Part shown: positions 19,300 through 28,825 of the stretch, in pieces
Layout of the letters: every line of letters begins with the position of its first letter
How positions within the stretch are numbered: position 1 is the stretch's first letter
From: Planctomycetota bacterium
Lineage (GTDB): Bacteria; Planctomycetota; B15-G4
DNA length: 64,000 nt
Direction: 5' to 3'
Assembly: GCA_965248575.1 (NCBI GenBank)
Contig: CBDFJQ010000002.1
Span: 5,088,001-5,152,000 of the forward strand
The notes under the pieces: model-generated
Databases searched by the model: none
What the model was told of the DNA's origin: nothing
What the model saw: the letters and a program-made list of their open reading frames with translations, nothing else
Translations under genes and position numbers: made by a program

Positions 19300-20642
19300 C
19301 CGTCGGCGCGGCGGTCGAGGATGCCCTCTTCGGCGATCAGAGCCTCGATCTCCGCCCGGCTCACGGGGACACCGCGGGTCAGGTTCTCGTGACCGTCCTC
19401 GGTGATGACGATCACGTCCTCGATGCGAATGCCGATCTGGGTCGCCTCCTCGTAGAGCCCCGGTTCGACCGTGAGAACGGCGCCGGGAACCAAGGGGGCG
19501 AACATGTCACCGACGTCGTGCACTTCGAGCCCCAGGAAGTGGCAGGTGAAGTGCCGGATGAAGGCCCCGAATCCCCGCTCGCGCAGGACCTTGTTGGCAG
19601 CTTCGTCGATGGACATCAGGGTCGCACCGGGCCTGGCCGCTGCGAGGCCTGCTTCTTGTGCAGCCAGGACTGCGTCGTAGAGTTCGGCTTGCCGCTCGCT
19701 GAACACACCGTTCACCGGCCAGCTTCGGGTGATGTCGGTGGTGTAGTGGTCCAGCTCTCCCCCCGCATCGATGAGCAGGATGTCTCCGTCCTGGGTTCCG
19801 CGCGTGGAGACGCTGTAGTGCAAGGTAATGGAGTTGGGTCCGCTGCCCACAATGGCGTGGTAGGCGGGGCCGTCCGCGCCATGCAGCTGCTGCATGAAGC
19901 CGAGCAGGGCATCGAGTTCGCGCTCGTGCACTCCTGGGCGCGTGGAACGGATGGCTTCGCGCATGGCGAGGGCACCCGCCGTGCCAGCTCGTCGCAGGGC
20001 GTCGAGCTCTTCTTCCTGCTTCACCAGGCGCATGGGGTGCAGGGCTTGGGAGAGGTCCTCGACGCGCAGCTCGTAGCGCTCTTCGAGGGCTGCCTGCAGG
20101 GCTCGTTCCCGGCTCGGCCGGCCGTCCAGAAGGTCGCCCAGCTGTGCTTTATCGAAGGGGATGGCCCGGTCAAAGCAACCGCCCATGGCGACATGCGGGT
20201 GGAAGGAGGTCCAGATGACGTCGCGATCTTCCGCGAGCTCGTCGAGCATGGACAGGAGTTCGCTGGAAGGCTTCACGAGCCGGATCCCGGAGGCGCTCGG
20301 GGTCCAGTCGTCCTGCGCATCCCAGACGTCGCCCTCCACGGACTCAACGGCCGCATTCCTGTCAGGCAGAAAGAGCACTTCCATGCCGGTGGAGGCGTCC
20401 ATCAGCAGGGCCGCTCCGGGTGACTCGATGCCCGTCAGGTACCAGAAGACCTTGTCCTGGCGAAACTCGGTGTAGCCCCGGGTGCCGGGCAGCCCACGCA
20501 GCAGGATCAGCCCTGATCCAAGACGGTTTCGCAACTCGGCGCGACGCCCTGCGTGGAAGGCGGCGCCGAGACCGACCTCATTGGTTTGGGGAGGTAGGGA
20601 CGGAGTGGCAAGCAGGGCAAGCGACAGGCAGAGGGTCAGCAT
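19290..20642 (-). CDS. Xaa-Pro aminopeptidase (M24B) with signal peptide
   Basis: FRQDKVFWYLTG, IDAG...DITRSWP, HFLGLEVHD, TVEPGLY and GIRIED motifs. Confidence 0.92.
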   Translation of the reverse strand: MLTLCLSLALLATPSLPPQTNEVGLGAAFHAGRRAELRNRLGSGLILLRGLPGTRGYTEFRQDKVFWYLTGIESPGAALLMDASTGMEVLFLPDRNAAVESVEGDVWDAQDDWTPSASGIRLVKPSSELLSMLDELAEDRDVIWTSFHPHVAMGGCFDRAIPFDKAQLGDLLDGRPSRERALQAALEERYELRVEDLSQALHPMRLVKQEEELDALRRAGTAGALAMREAIRSTRPGVHERELDALLGFMQQLHGADGPAYHAIVGSGPNSITLHYSVSTRGTQDGDILLIDAGGELDHYTTDITRSWPVNGVFSERQAELYDAVLAAQEAGLAAARPGATLMSIDEAANKVLRERGFGAFIRHFTCHFLGLEVHDVGDMFAPLVPGAVLTVEPGLYEEATQIGIRIEDVIVITEDGHENLTRGVPVSRAEIEALIAEEGILDRRADGQP

Positions 20643-20824
20643 GGCCGCATCCTAGTCCTTTGCTGCTTTGCGGACGATGGGGCTGGGAGCTCAGAGAGTG
20701 CAAGCGCGGGGCTGGCGGCTGCTTGCGCGAGGCTTTAGTTTCTGGGCCCTGCCCTTGGTCCTCACCTGGGTCCCTTCCCGGGGCGCAAGGTCTGGAATCC
20801 TCTCCTCGTGTGGAATTGGAACGG

Positions 20825-21250
20825 ATGGATGAGTCGGCTTGGGTTGAACTTCCCGGTCTCTACGACGAGGCCTTGCTGGAAGAGCTGTGCCACGAGATGG
20901 ATGCCGCGCGTGTGGATCACGAGAGCGCGTCCATCCCCTTGAAGGATGGGCAGGCTAGCGGTCCGCGCGCAGGGCGGGTGCGCGTCCGGTCCGGGCATGT
21001 GCCTTCTGCGGCGAAGGTGTTGGGAGTGTTCTTCGACGTTGAGGATCCGGCCGAGGCCCAACCGTTCCGCGGGCAATGCCCCGCCTGTGAGGAGGACGTC
21101 CCGGGTGTCTGGACGTGCCCGTCTTGCGAGATCAGCTTTCGCAGCAGCGTCAATCCGAACGATCCTCTGGTTCTCTTCCTGAGGGAGCACGGCGGGTTTG
21201 TGGCTTCCGATGCGGTGATCGAAGACGACGGTTCCACAGCGGGCTCCTGA
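20825..21250 (+). CDS. Hypothetical protein with C-terminal zinc ribbon
   Basis: CPAC-x9-CPSC; acidic protein; likely start ATG 20825. Confidence 0.6.
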   Translation: MDESAWVELPGLYDEALLEELCHEMDAARVDHESASIPLKDGQASGPRAGRVRVRSGHVPSAAKVLGVFFDVEDPAEAQPFRGQCPACEEDVPGVWTCPSCEISFRSSVNPNDPLVLFLREHGGFVASDAVIEDDGSTAGS

Positions 21251-21282
21251 ACCCAGGCGTTGCGAACACGGGAATCTACGAC

Positions 21283-21633
21283 ATGACCTTGGCCGACCAG
21301 AACTGCGTACCCAGCGCCCCAGGCGCCCAGCCCCTCGACGCTGAACAGATCGAGAGCTTGGGCATGCAGACTCCCGCTTGGGTCGTGATCGACGGCCCGC
21401 AGCTCGAGCGCGAGTTGGCGTTCCCGGATTTCCAGTCGGCGTTGGACTTCGTGGTGGCCGTCGGTGCTGAAGCCGAGTCCCAGGACCATCATCCCGAACT
21501 GCGGCTGACGTGGGGGCGTGTGCTGATCCGGCTCGATACCCACGACGTGGGCGGCTTGAGTGAGTCGGACTTCATCCTGGCCGCGCGTATCGACCGTCTA
21601 GCTGCGGCCGCGGGAGTCGCAGCGCAGGGTTGA
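21283..21633 (+). CDS. phhB: Pterin-4a-carbinolamine dehydratase
   Basis: FPDFQSALDFV, AESQDHHPEL and THDVGGLSESDFILAARID motifs. Confidence 0.92.
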   Translation: MTLADQNCVPSAPGAQPLDAEQIESLGMQTPAWVVIDGPQLERELAFPDFQSALDFVVAVGAEAESQDHHPELRLTWGRVLIRLDTHDVGGLSESDFILAARIDRLAAAAGVAAQG

Positions 21634-21682
21634 GCGAGAGTGCCCTTCGGGGGCTGACCCGATCGGGCGACAGGCCGCTCCC

Positions 21683-22144
21683 TCAGCTGACAATCGCCGC
21701 TGAGACCCGTGCCTCGAGCAGCTCTGCGAGAGCTGGCACCCCGCTCAACACGGTGTGCTCCGCTTCGGAACGCGCAGTCTTGTAGGCCATGCGAATCGTC
21801 ATGCGCGCCTTGTGGATGCGTGCATCCGTCACGCCGATGAGTGCGCTGGCCACCTCGGTGGGTCGTGCGTCCATTTGTGCTCGAAAGACTTGCGCTGCGG
21901 CCGACCCCGTTCGTGCAGCCTCCTCGCAGGATTCGACAAAAAGGGGTTCGAGCGCTTCCAGGAATTCGGGCATGAGCTTGCCGATGACATAGCCCACGGT
22001 GCCGGGTTTCACGGCCTGGACGCTTCGGTAGCAGGCTCGAACGGTTGCGGCCTTCAGGCCGCGGCCCGCTGAAGCCTGCGCGTCGACGAGCGCACAACAC
22101 TCCTCCATGAACCCCAGGCGTTGCTCCTCTGAATCCCAAAGCAA
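21683..22144 (-). CDS. Conserved hypothetical helical protein (DUF6918-like)
   Basis: GLKAATVRACY..VQAVKPG, LMPEF.EALEP and ALIGVTDARI resemble that family from memory; start uncertain. Confidence 0.6.
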   Translation of the reverse strand: MLWDSEEQRLGFMEECCALVDAQASAGRGLKAATVRACYRSVQAVKPGTVGYVIGKLMPEFLEALEPLFVESCEEAARTGSAAAQVFRAQMDARPTEVASALIGVTDARIHKARMTIRMAYKTARSEAEHTVLSGVPALAELLEARVSAAIVS

Positions 22145-22391
22145 GGACAGCAGGCTGCGGTGCGGATGTTCGGTGTCGATGAGAGACTCGGTTGCCGGGG
22201 GATACCGCTGGGTCTGAGAGCGGAAGGGGCCACTGCTCAGGTGCTAGATGGATGGTGGCTCAGTGTATCGAGCTTTGCTCCCATGCGAAGACATCACTGC
22301 TCGCTCCGTGTTCTAGCCGGTACGGGAGCGCCCCCGAGATCGAGGGGGGCGTGGCATGATGCAGCGCGGCCAAGGCGACGGAGAACAGGGA

Positions 22392-22760
22392 ATGTCGAGC
22401 GATCAGTCAGCAGGTACGGCTCACGATGAGTTTTCAGCGGAGGGGCAGTACCAGACGGAAGAGCGGGCCACCGTCGCGGAAGCTCCAGGGCTCCGGGTGC
22501 GGCGCCTGGGGCTCGCTGCTGGTCAGTGCGTGCCCTGGCATCATCACACCCTCATCTCGGATCACTTCTTCTGCATGGAAGGGCCCATGGAGATCCGGCT
22601 GCGGGGGCCCACGTCCGTGAAACGCCTGGCGCCGGGGGAGGCCTTCGAGGTACCGCCTGGGCGGCAGCACTACGTGTCGGGCGTCGACGGTCGGGCATGC
22701 CGTTTCATGATCGTGCAAGGAGTGGGGACCTACGATTACGTTGAGGGAGAGGCAGAATGA
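22392..22760 (+). CDS. Cupin domain protein
   Basis: PWHHH...D.FFCMEG and PGEAFEVPPGRQH cupin motifs. Confidence 0.88.
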   Translation: MSSDQSAGTAHDEFSAEGQYQTEERATVAEAPGLRVRRLGLAAGQCVPWHHHTLISDHFFCMEGPMEIRLRGPTSVKRLAPGEAFEVPPGRQHYVSGVDGRACRFMIVQGVGTYDYVEGEAE

Positions 22761-22803
22761 GCTCGGCTTTCAGAATCGACTTCAGCAACGGAAGACTGCA
22801 CGC

Positions 22804-23538
22804 ATGAGCGACGGAATCGACAAGGTCAACGAGGCCTTCGCGTCGGCTGGCCTCGAGAAGCCGGAACTTCTCTATGTTGAGCGCCAGGCGCTGCGGCAGG
22901 GACATGGCCAGGATGTCGTGCGCATCGTGCAACGCCGGGCGACGTGGGGGCTGTGGGGTTCGTTCTTGGCGTCGCTCCTGTATGTGCTCCAGGGACTCTT
23001 TGGTGGAGGAGGCCTGCGCCTCGCCAGCCTCGCCAGCCTCGCCATTGGCGCGACATGGATGGTCTCGACGGCGCTGCTGTACCGGAGAACCACCAAGGCT
23101 TGCCGGGAGTTGAATCTGTCCACCAGCGGCCCGGACCTCGCTGAGGTCGGCACGAGCGAGGCCGTTCCAGAGCAGCCGGATGCAACACCCGATCTGACGT
23201 GGGTTGTCATGAACACGTTTGTCGAGCAGGGACTCGCATTCCCTGACATTCACTTCGCGGAGCGGAGGGCCTTGGTCGCCGGCAGACTGGACAACTTCCT
23301 GGCCCTGTACCGAAAGCGCCGCAACACAGCCCTGGCGGTGGTGACCGTGGTTGCATTCCTTCAGCTGGGTTTGGCGCTTGTCGTCGTCAGCGCGGGAGAC
23401 GCCACCTTCATGAAGTCTGGAGCCGCCGCTTTCGTGGGGTTCGGACTCCTTTGGCTTGTCATGGGCAGTGTGGGCCTCATGCGTTTCCGGCGTGTGTACA
23501 GGGCGCTGGAGACGCTCGAGGTCGGTCCCGGGTCTTGA
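22804..23538 (+). CDS. Hypothetical membrane protein with two internally similar halves (4 TM)
   Basis: Two pairs of hydrophobic helices, each preceded by a similar F..GL..P....ERxAL..G motif. Confidence 0.65.
   Translation: MSDGIDKVNEAFASAGLEKPELLYVERQALRQGHGQDVVRIVQRRATWGLWGSFLASLLYVLQGLFGGGGLRLASLASLAIGATWMVSTALLYRRTTKACRELNLSTSGPDLAEVGTSEAVPEQPDATPDLTWVVMNTFVEQGLAFPDIHFAERRALVAGRLDNFLALYRKRRNTALAVVTVVAFLQLGLALVVVSAGDATFMKSGAAAFVGFGLLWLVMGSVGLMRFRRVYRALETLEVGPGS
23018..23044 (+). repeat. Perfect in-frame 9-bp tandem repeat (GCCTCGCCA)x3
   Basis: Read directly from the sequence; encodes LASLASLA. Confidence 0.9.
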
Positions 23539-23588
23539 GGGCGCAACGTCCTTGACCCCGGCCCGTGCGCCGTGGTGCAGTCGAGCAG

Positions 23589-24713
23589 ATGAGTTCCTCT
23601 CTCACGATCGCCCATGTGGACAGCGAGAAGGGCTGGTCAGGTGGCCAGGTGCAGGTCTTCCTGCTCATGGAGGGGCTCCGTGCCCGCGGGCATCGCAACA
23701 TCCTGTACTGCCCTCCCGGGAGCCAGCAGGAGCAGCGGGCGTGCGAGCTGGGCCTGGAGGTGTGCCCTGTGGCCATGCGCAACGACCTGCATCTCGCGGC
23801 CGTCGCACGACTCAGGAGAGGCTTCCGGGAGCACGGCGCACAGCTGGTGCACCTGCACACCGGTCGAGCCAACTGGCTGGGCGGGTTGGCCGCCAGGCGA
23901 TCGCGTCTGCCTGCGATCACGACCCGTCGCATGGACCACCCGGTCCAGCGCCACCTCGTCAATCGGCTGGTCTACGGGAGCTTCGTCCGTCGAGCCGTGG
24001 GCATTGCGCCGGCCATTGCCCGCCGGCTGCGAGAGGGCGGAGTGGAGCCCAACCTCGTGCGCATGGTCCCGAGCACCGTGGATGCTGATGCGCTGACCCC
24101 GCAGCGGACCCGGGCGCAGGTTCGGGAGGCAGAGGATGTGCCCGAGACGGCCACGCTGATCCTGGCCGCCGCCCACCTGACCTATCGGAAGGGTTTCGAC
24201 ATCGCCCTGAAGGCGTTCGCGGCCAGTCGGGAGGGCTGCCCGGACGCGTGGCTCTGGATTGCTGGGGATGGCCCGGAGCGGGCGTCGCTCGAGTCCTTGG
24301 CGCGGGAGTTGGAGATCGTTGACCGGGTACAGCTGCTCGGGCGCCGAACGGACATGGCCGACCTGCTGAATGCTGCTGACCTGTTCGTGATGCCGTCCCG
24401 CTCGGAAGGGCTGGGAATCGCTGCGCTCGAAGCCATGGCTGCGGGGCTGCCCGTGCTGGCCAGCAAGGTCGGGGGCCTGGGGGACGCCGTCGTGCATGGC
24501 CGTACGGGGATGCTTGTCCCGCCCGAGGATGTGTCGGCGTTGACGGATGCACTGGTGACATTGCTCAGCGACCCGGCAGCTCGCAAACGCTTGGGAGCTG
24601 CCGGGCCCGATCGCATCGACGAGGGCTTTCGGCCAGAGCAGATGGTGGCCTCCTATGAGGCCCTCTATCGGGAAGTGTTGGTCGAATCCGCGAGTGGCAG
24701 CAGCAGCGGTTAG
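23589..24713 (+). CDS. GT4 family glycosyltransferase
   Basis: WSGGQ, RKGFD, GDGPER, MPSRSEGLGIAALEAMAAGLPV (EX7E) and VGGL motifs. Confidence 0.92.
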   Translation: MSSSLTIAHVDSEKGWSGGQVQVFLLMEGLRARGHRNILYCPPGSQQEQRACELGLEVCPVAMRNDLHLAAVARLRRGFREHGAQLVHLHTGRANWLGGLAARRSRLPAITTRRMDHPVQRHLVNRLVYGSFVRRAVGIAPAIARRLREGGVEPNLVRMVPSTVDADALTPQRTRAQVREAEDVPETATLILAAAHLTYRKGFDIALKAFAASREGCPDAWLWIAGDGPERASLESLARELEIVDRVQLLGRRTDMADLLNAADLFVMPSRSEGLGIAALEAMAAGLPVLASKVGGLGDAVVHGRTGMLVPPEDVSALTDALVTLLSDPAARKRLGAAGPDRIDEGFRPEQMVASYEALYREVLVESASGSSSG

Positions 24714-24794
24714 GATTGCTGGTCGAGATGGCCGGGCTCCCCTGCAGGACGTTCATGCGAACGACCGCGGGTTCATTCGACGACGAGATGATCC

Positions 24795-25343
24795 ATGAAG
24801 AAGTTGATGATGTTCCTGCTGCTGTTGGTGGTGATCCTGGTGGGTGCCGGCCTGGCCACGCCCTCCGACTACTCGGTCGAATACAAGGTCCTGATCGACG
24901 CGACCCCCGCGGAAGTCCACGCGTATGTCGGCGAGTTGCGGAAGTGGCCCGACTGGGCCCCTTGGTACGAGGAAGACCCCACCATCGAGACGACCTTCGG
25001 CGAGAAGACCACAGGTGTCGGGGCTCAGCAGTCGTGGACCTCCAAGGATGGAAACGGTGAGCTCACCTTCACCCGTTGCGATGCGGTGAGCGGGATTGCC
25101 TATGACATGAACTTCATGCCCGATGAGGAAACAGTCTCACCGGCGAAGAGCGCCATGGACTACCGGGTGGTCGACGGCGGGACGGAGGTCACGTGGTCCA
25201 TGCAAGGCGACTGGGCGGGAGTCATGCCGCCTGTCCTGGACGGGCTCATGAAGCTCTTCACGCCGATGATCATGGGCAGCATGTTCGACTCGGGTCTGGC
25301 CAAGCTGAAGACCGTCGTCGAAGCTGGGCCCGCCGGCGCCTGA
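24795..25343 (+). CDS. SRPBCC/polyketide cyclase family protein with N-terminal anchor
   Basis: WPDWAPW, GVGAQQSW, TEVTWSM and GLAKLK motifs. Confidence 0.85.
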   Translation: MKKLMMFLLLLVVILVGAGLATPSDYSVEYKVLIDATPAEVHAYVGELRKWPDWAPWYEEDPTIETTFGEKTTGVGAQQSWTSKDGNGELTFTRCDAVSGIAYDMNFMPDEETVSPAKSAMDYRVVDGGTEVTWSMQGDWAGVMPPVLDGLMKLFTPMIMGSMFDSGLAKLKTVVEAGPAGA

Positions 25344-25347
25344 AGCA

Positions 25348-27030
25348 TCAGCGGCGCTTCGAGCGTTTGCTCTTGCGCGACTTTCCGGAGTCCTCTTGCT
25401 CGAGCAGGGCAGGGTCCGCCAGGAGTCCCTCCCGAAACGCCTCCGCGACGCGCTTCAGGTCGCGCTGCTTGCTGGGAAAGCGCTTTCCTGCATCCAGGGC
25501 TGCTTCCAGGCCGAGGTCCAGGTGAGGAGCGAGGCGTTTCCATTCCGCCATCTGCTGCTCGTACTCCGCCTCGAGGATGAGGTTGAACAGTTGCAGTCGT
25601 TGGTTGCTGTCGAACTGCGCTTGGCGTGAAAGCCACAGCGATTGCTCGCGGTGGTCCTTCAGATCCAGGGCAGCAGAGGCACCTAGTCGGGAGAAGGCCT
25701 CGATCAGGTCACTCCTGCCGATCTCCGTGAGCACGTCCCGGCTGCTCGCGGATTCCAGGGCCTCCACTTCAGCCACGCCGCCCATGGCTTGGGCAAGCAG
25801 GACTGGCAGGGCTTCGCTGTCTGGCATGCCGTCCCTCGGCGTGTTGACCGGCGTGTCCAGCAGGGAGGTCAAGGAGACCCCGCTGGGTGTCGTTGAGAGC
25901 AAGAGGTGCAGCAGGCAACGTGCAGCGGCGCGGTCGCGAGGCAGGAAGCTCTCTGCATCCGCGGCGCGGCTGAAGCTGGCGGGGGCTTCGGTCTTGCGGT
26001 CACTTGCCAAGTCGCTCCAGTGGCGCGATTCGCTAGCGTCGAAGCTCAGCCAGGGGTCGCCTGTCTTGCTGACCGTGACGGCCAGGTTTGCCGGAGGGCC
26101 CGTGACCGGCGGCGGTGGCGAGGATCCCTTGGGGACGAAGCCGGACCAGCCCGCTCGGTACCAGCCCGGCGTCTGTCGAGTCCAACTCTCCTGACCGACC
26201 CAGGCCTTGCCGTGGGCCGCGATGTCCAACTCATCGATGAGGCCGTTGGCCAGCCAGGGCGGGACGAGCCCCCATGCTCCTCGACGCAGCGAGCGGTTGG
26301 CCACGAAGGCCAGCGCGTAGTAGCCCACCCCGTGCTCCACCCAGCGGGCCCGGCGTCCAGAGATGGTGCTGTGGGCCATGTTGAAGACCTGCACGTCCCA
26401 GGTGCGCACCACCTCCGCCACGCGCTGTGCGGGTGTGTCGACCTCGTTGGCTGGGTGCCAGCCGGAATAGCCGAGGCGCTCGCAGTAGTCGAGCAGTTCG
26501 ATCAGGGCATGAAAACCTGGTTCACCTGCGCTGGAGTCGGTGATGACGAGCGGCAACTCCGCTGCAGAAATCAGCCCCGCACCTCCCGCGGGCCACAGGC
26601 GTTTCACGAGGGCTGCTGCAGGCTCTAGAGAGGCCACCAGATCGTCGCGCAGTCTCTTCGCACGCTTCGCGTTGCTCAGGGAATCTTCCATGAGCACATG
26701 CACCTTGAAAGGACCCGCTGCGCCGCTTGCGAAGAGTTCGCTGTCCAGGACGCGCCGGAAGAGCTCACCACCATCACGCGGCCTGGACAGGTCCTCCCCG
26801 GGCAACGCGCGCTTCAAGAGCTCGGCGACGGCGGCCGTCGGTTCGACGGAGCGGCTCCCTGCGAAGGTCTGAGCAGGGATGATCAGCATGATCAGGATGC
26901 TCACCGCCCACGGTGCCGCAGCGAGCAGCAGGCGCTGCTGGATCCGAGGAGCTAGCAAGCGGGAGACCGAAGACAAGGGTCCGGTCCAGGAACAGGACGG
27001 CAAGCAGCGGGCTGTGGATCGTGACGGCAT
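25348..27030 (-). CDS. Hypothetical secreted protein, possible degenerate gluzincin-like fold
   Basis: Long ORF with a signal-like segment, PPWLANGL and a basic C-terminal tail; start uncertain. Confidence 0.6.
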   Translation of the reverse strand: MPSRSTARCLPSCSWTGPLSSVSRLLAPRIQQRLLLAAAPWAVSILIMLIIPAQTFAGSRSVEPTAAVAELLKRALPGEDLSRPRDGGELFRRVLDSELFASGAAGPFKVHVLMEDSLSNAKRAKRLRDDLVASLEPAAALVKRLWPAGGAGLISAAELPLVITDSSAGEPGFHALIELLDYCERLGYSGWHPANEVDTPAQRVAEVVRTWDVQVFNMAHSTISGRRARWVEHGVGYYALAFVANRSLRRGAWGLVPPWLANGLIDELDIAAHGKAWVGQESWTRQTPGWYRAGWSGFVPKGSSPPPPVTGPPANLAVTVSKTGDPWLSFDASESRHWSDLASDRKTEAPASFSRAADAESFLPRDRAAARCLLHLLLSTTPSGVSLTSLLDTPVNTPRDGMPDSEALPVLLAQAMGGVAEVEALESASSRDVLTEIGRSDLIEAFSRLGASAALDLKDHREQSLWLSRQAQFDSNQRLQLFNLILEAEYEQQMAEWKRLAPHLDLGLEAALDAGKRFPSKQRDLKRVAEAFREGLLADPALLEQEDSGKSRKSKRSKRR

Positions 27031-27242
27031 CGGGCATCTCCAGTGTCGCGGGCAAGTGGCCCGTCTGGGGATGTCATGTCGTGATGGGCACGCCGCAACT
27101 GACAGAATTCTCGGAAGCAAACGCCCCAGGGAATTCGTCGTCAGCTCGCGCTGCTGCCGTTCGTCGGGTAACGGTTTGAGAAGGCCTGGCTGCGTCAGGC
27201 CGAGAGGGCGTCGCGAGCTGCCGGAGGGGTCAGCAAGCGATC

Positions 27243-27746
27243 TCAGCTTGCGGACGAGCTGTCCGCCGCGTCGTCCGCGCCGCGGGATTTTCCGATCAGG
27301 TCGGTGCTCGAGTGTGTCTTGGGATCCCCGGCGATCAAGATTCGCCCGCCGTAGGCGAGCACGGTCTCGCGCTCGGGCACGGTCTCCTCGGTCCAGTCCG
27401 TGCCCTTGACGTGCACATCAGGGCGCAGCGCATCCAGCAGACCCTCGGCCGTGGCCTCTGGAAAGCTGGTCACGGCGTGCACGCCCTTGAGGGCCGCGAT
27501 CACCTCCATGCGTTCTTCCAGGGGGACGTGCGGGCGTCCAGGGCCCTTGTTGCGCCGAACGGAGTCGTCCGTGTTGAGGGCCACGACCAGCAGGTCGGCG
27601 GCACCCGCCGCTTCCCGGAGCAGGCGCACATGGCCCACATGAAGGACGTCGAAGCAGCCGTTGGCGAGGGCAAGGAGGCGGCCAGCGCGCTCTTTCAGGA
27701 GGTGGTTCGCAAGGACGTGGTAGTCAGGAACGATGAGTGTGGTCAT
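27243..27746 (-). CDS. rfaE2: Stand-alone heptose-1-phosphate adenylyltransferase (RfaE domain II/HldC-like)
   Basis: NGCFDVLHVGH, LNTDDSVRRNKGPGRP, ER.EV.AAL, KGTDW and HSSTDLI motifs; ATGA overlap with waaF. Confidence 0.85.
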   Translation of the reverse strand: MTTLIVPDYHVLANHLLKERAGRLLALANGCFDVLHVGHVRLLREAAGAADLLVVALNTDDSVRRNKGPGRPHVPLEERMEVIAALKGVHAVTSFPEATAEGLLDALRPDVHVKGTDWTEETVPERETVLAYGGRILIAGDPKTHSSTDLIGKSRGADDAADSSSAS

Positions 27747-28825
27747 CGCGGCAGCTTTCGGTTGGAGAGTGCGGATTGGTCCAGCAGCTCTTGCGCGGCC
27801 TGCACGACCCGCGCAGGAGCCAGCCGGGTCATGCAACGGTGGTCAATGGGGCATTCCTTCTTGTGGCACGGTGAGCAGTCCACCTCTTCACGCAGCACGC
27901 GTTGCCGGTTCATCTGGTAGTCGGTGTGCCGTGGGTCGGTGGGCCCCATGGTGACGACGGTCGGCGTGTCGAGCGCCACAGCCATGTGCCGCGGGCCGGT
28001 GTCATTGCTCAACACGAGTTCCGAGAGCGAGATGAGCGCCTTCAATTCCTCCAAGCTCGTCGGCGGGCTGTCGAGCACCGTGACCGCGTGTTTCATCTGG
28101 GAGGCGACGTCGAGGGCGAGGTCCACCTCGGAGGGTGCGGGCGCCAGGACGATGCCCAGGTCCAGTTGCTCTACGATGCCATCACAAGCACTGGCGAAGG
28201 AGGCGCTGGGGTACAGCTTGCTTGCGCCGAAGTTCGCGCCAGGAGCGCCGACCACGAAGGGTCTGCCAGGGTCAAAACCCTGTGCCGACAGCAGTCCGGA
28301 TACACGCTGAACGGCTTCCGGCGAGACGGCCAACTCGACAGGTGGTGTCTTGCCTGTCGGCCCCATGGTGCAGCCGAGGGCACGGGGGATGGCCATGTAG
28401 CGCTCGGTCATGGGGATCGGCAATCGCTTGCCGTCCTGCATGGGGGGCTTCAGGGCCAGGGAGAGGCAGAGCCTGCGCAGCGGATCTCGTGCGTAGCCCA
28501 CGCGGTTGGGTACGCGCGCCAGGAAGGGTCCGAAGGCGGCTCGCGCTGAATCGGGGAGCAGGAGGGCCAGGTCGAAGGACTCAGCGGCCAGACGCCGGGC
28601 CCGCGCTCGAGTCGCCTTCCAACCGCGACCAGAGTCGGGAAGGAAGCGGTCGACGGTCGTCAGCCCGTCGAGCAAACCCTTCAGGAAGGGGGCGCCCTCC
28701 ACCACGATCTCGGCGTCGGGCCAGTGATTCCGCAGCACCCTGAAGACGGGCGTCGCCATGACCACATCGCCCACCCAGTTGGGTAGGCGCACCAGGATGC
28801 GGCGCGGGCGAACCAGTGGGATCAG
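27743..28825 (-). CDS. waaF: Lipopolysaccharide heptosyltransferase II (GT9)
   Basis: RILVRLPNWVGDVVMATP, APGANFGASKLYP, NDTGPRHMAVA and CSPCHKKECPIDHRCM motifs; start probably CTG 28825 (track start GTG 28792). Confidence 0.88.
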   Translation of the reverse strand: MIPLVRPRRILVRLPNWVGDVVMATPVFRVLRNHWPDAEIVVEGAPFLKGLLDGLTTVDRFLPDSGRGWKATRARARRLAAESFDLALLLPDSARAAFGPFLARVPNRVGYARDPLRRLCLSLALKPPMQDGKRLPIPMTERYMAIPRALGCTMGPTGKTPPVELAVSPEAVQRVSGLLSAQGFDPGRPFVVGAPGANFGASKLYPSASFASACDGIVEQLDLGIVLAPAPSEVDLALDVASQMKHAVTVLDSPPTSLEELKALISLSELVLSNDTGPRHMAVALDTPTVVTMGPTDPRHTDYQMNRQRVLREEVDCSPCHKKECPIDHRCMTRLAPARVVQAAQELLDQSALSNRKLPR

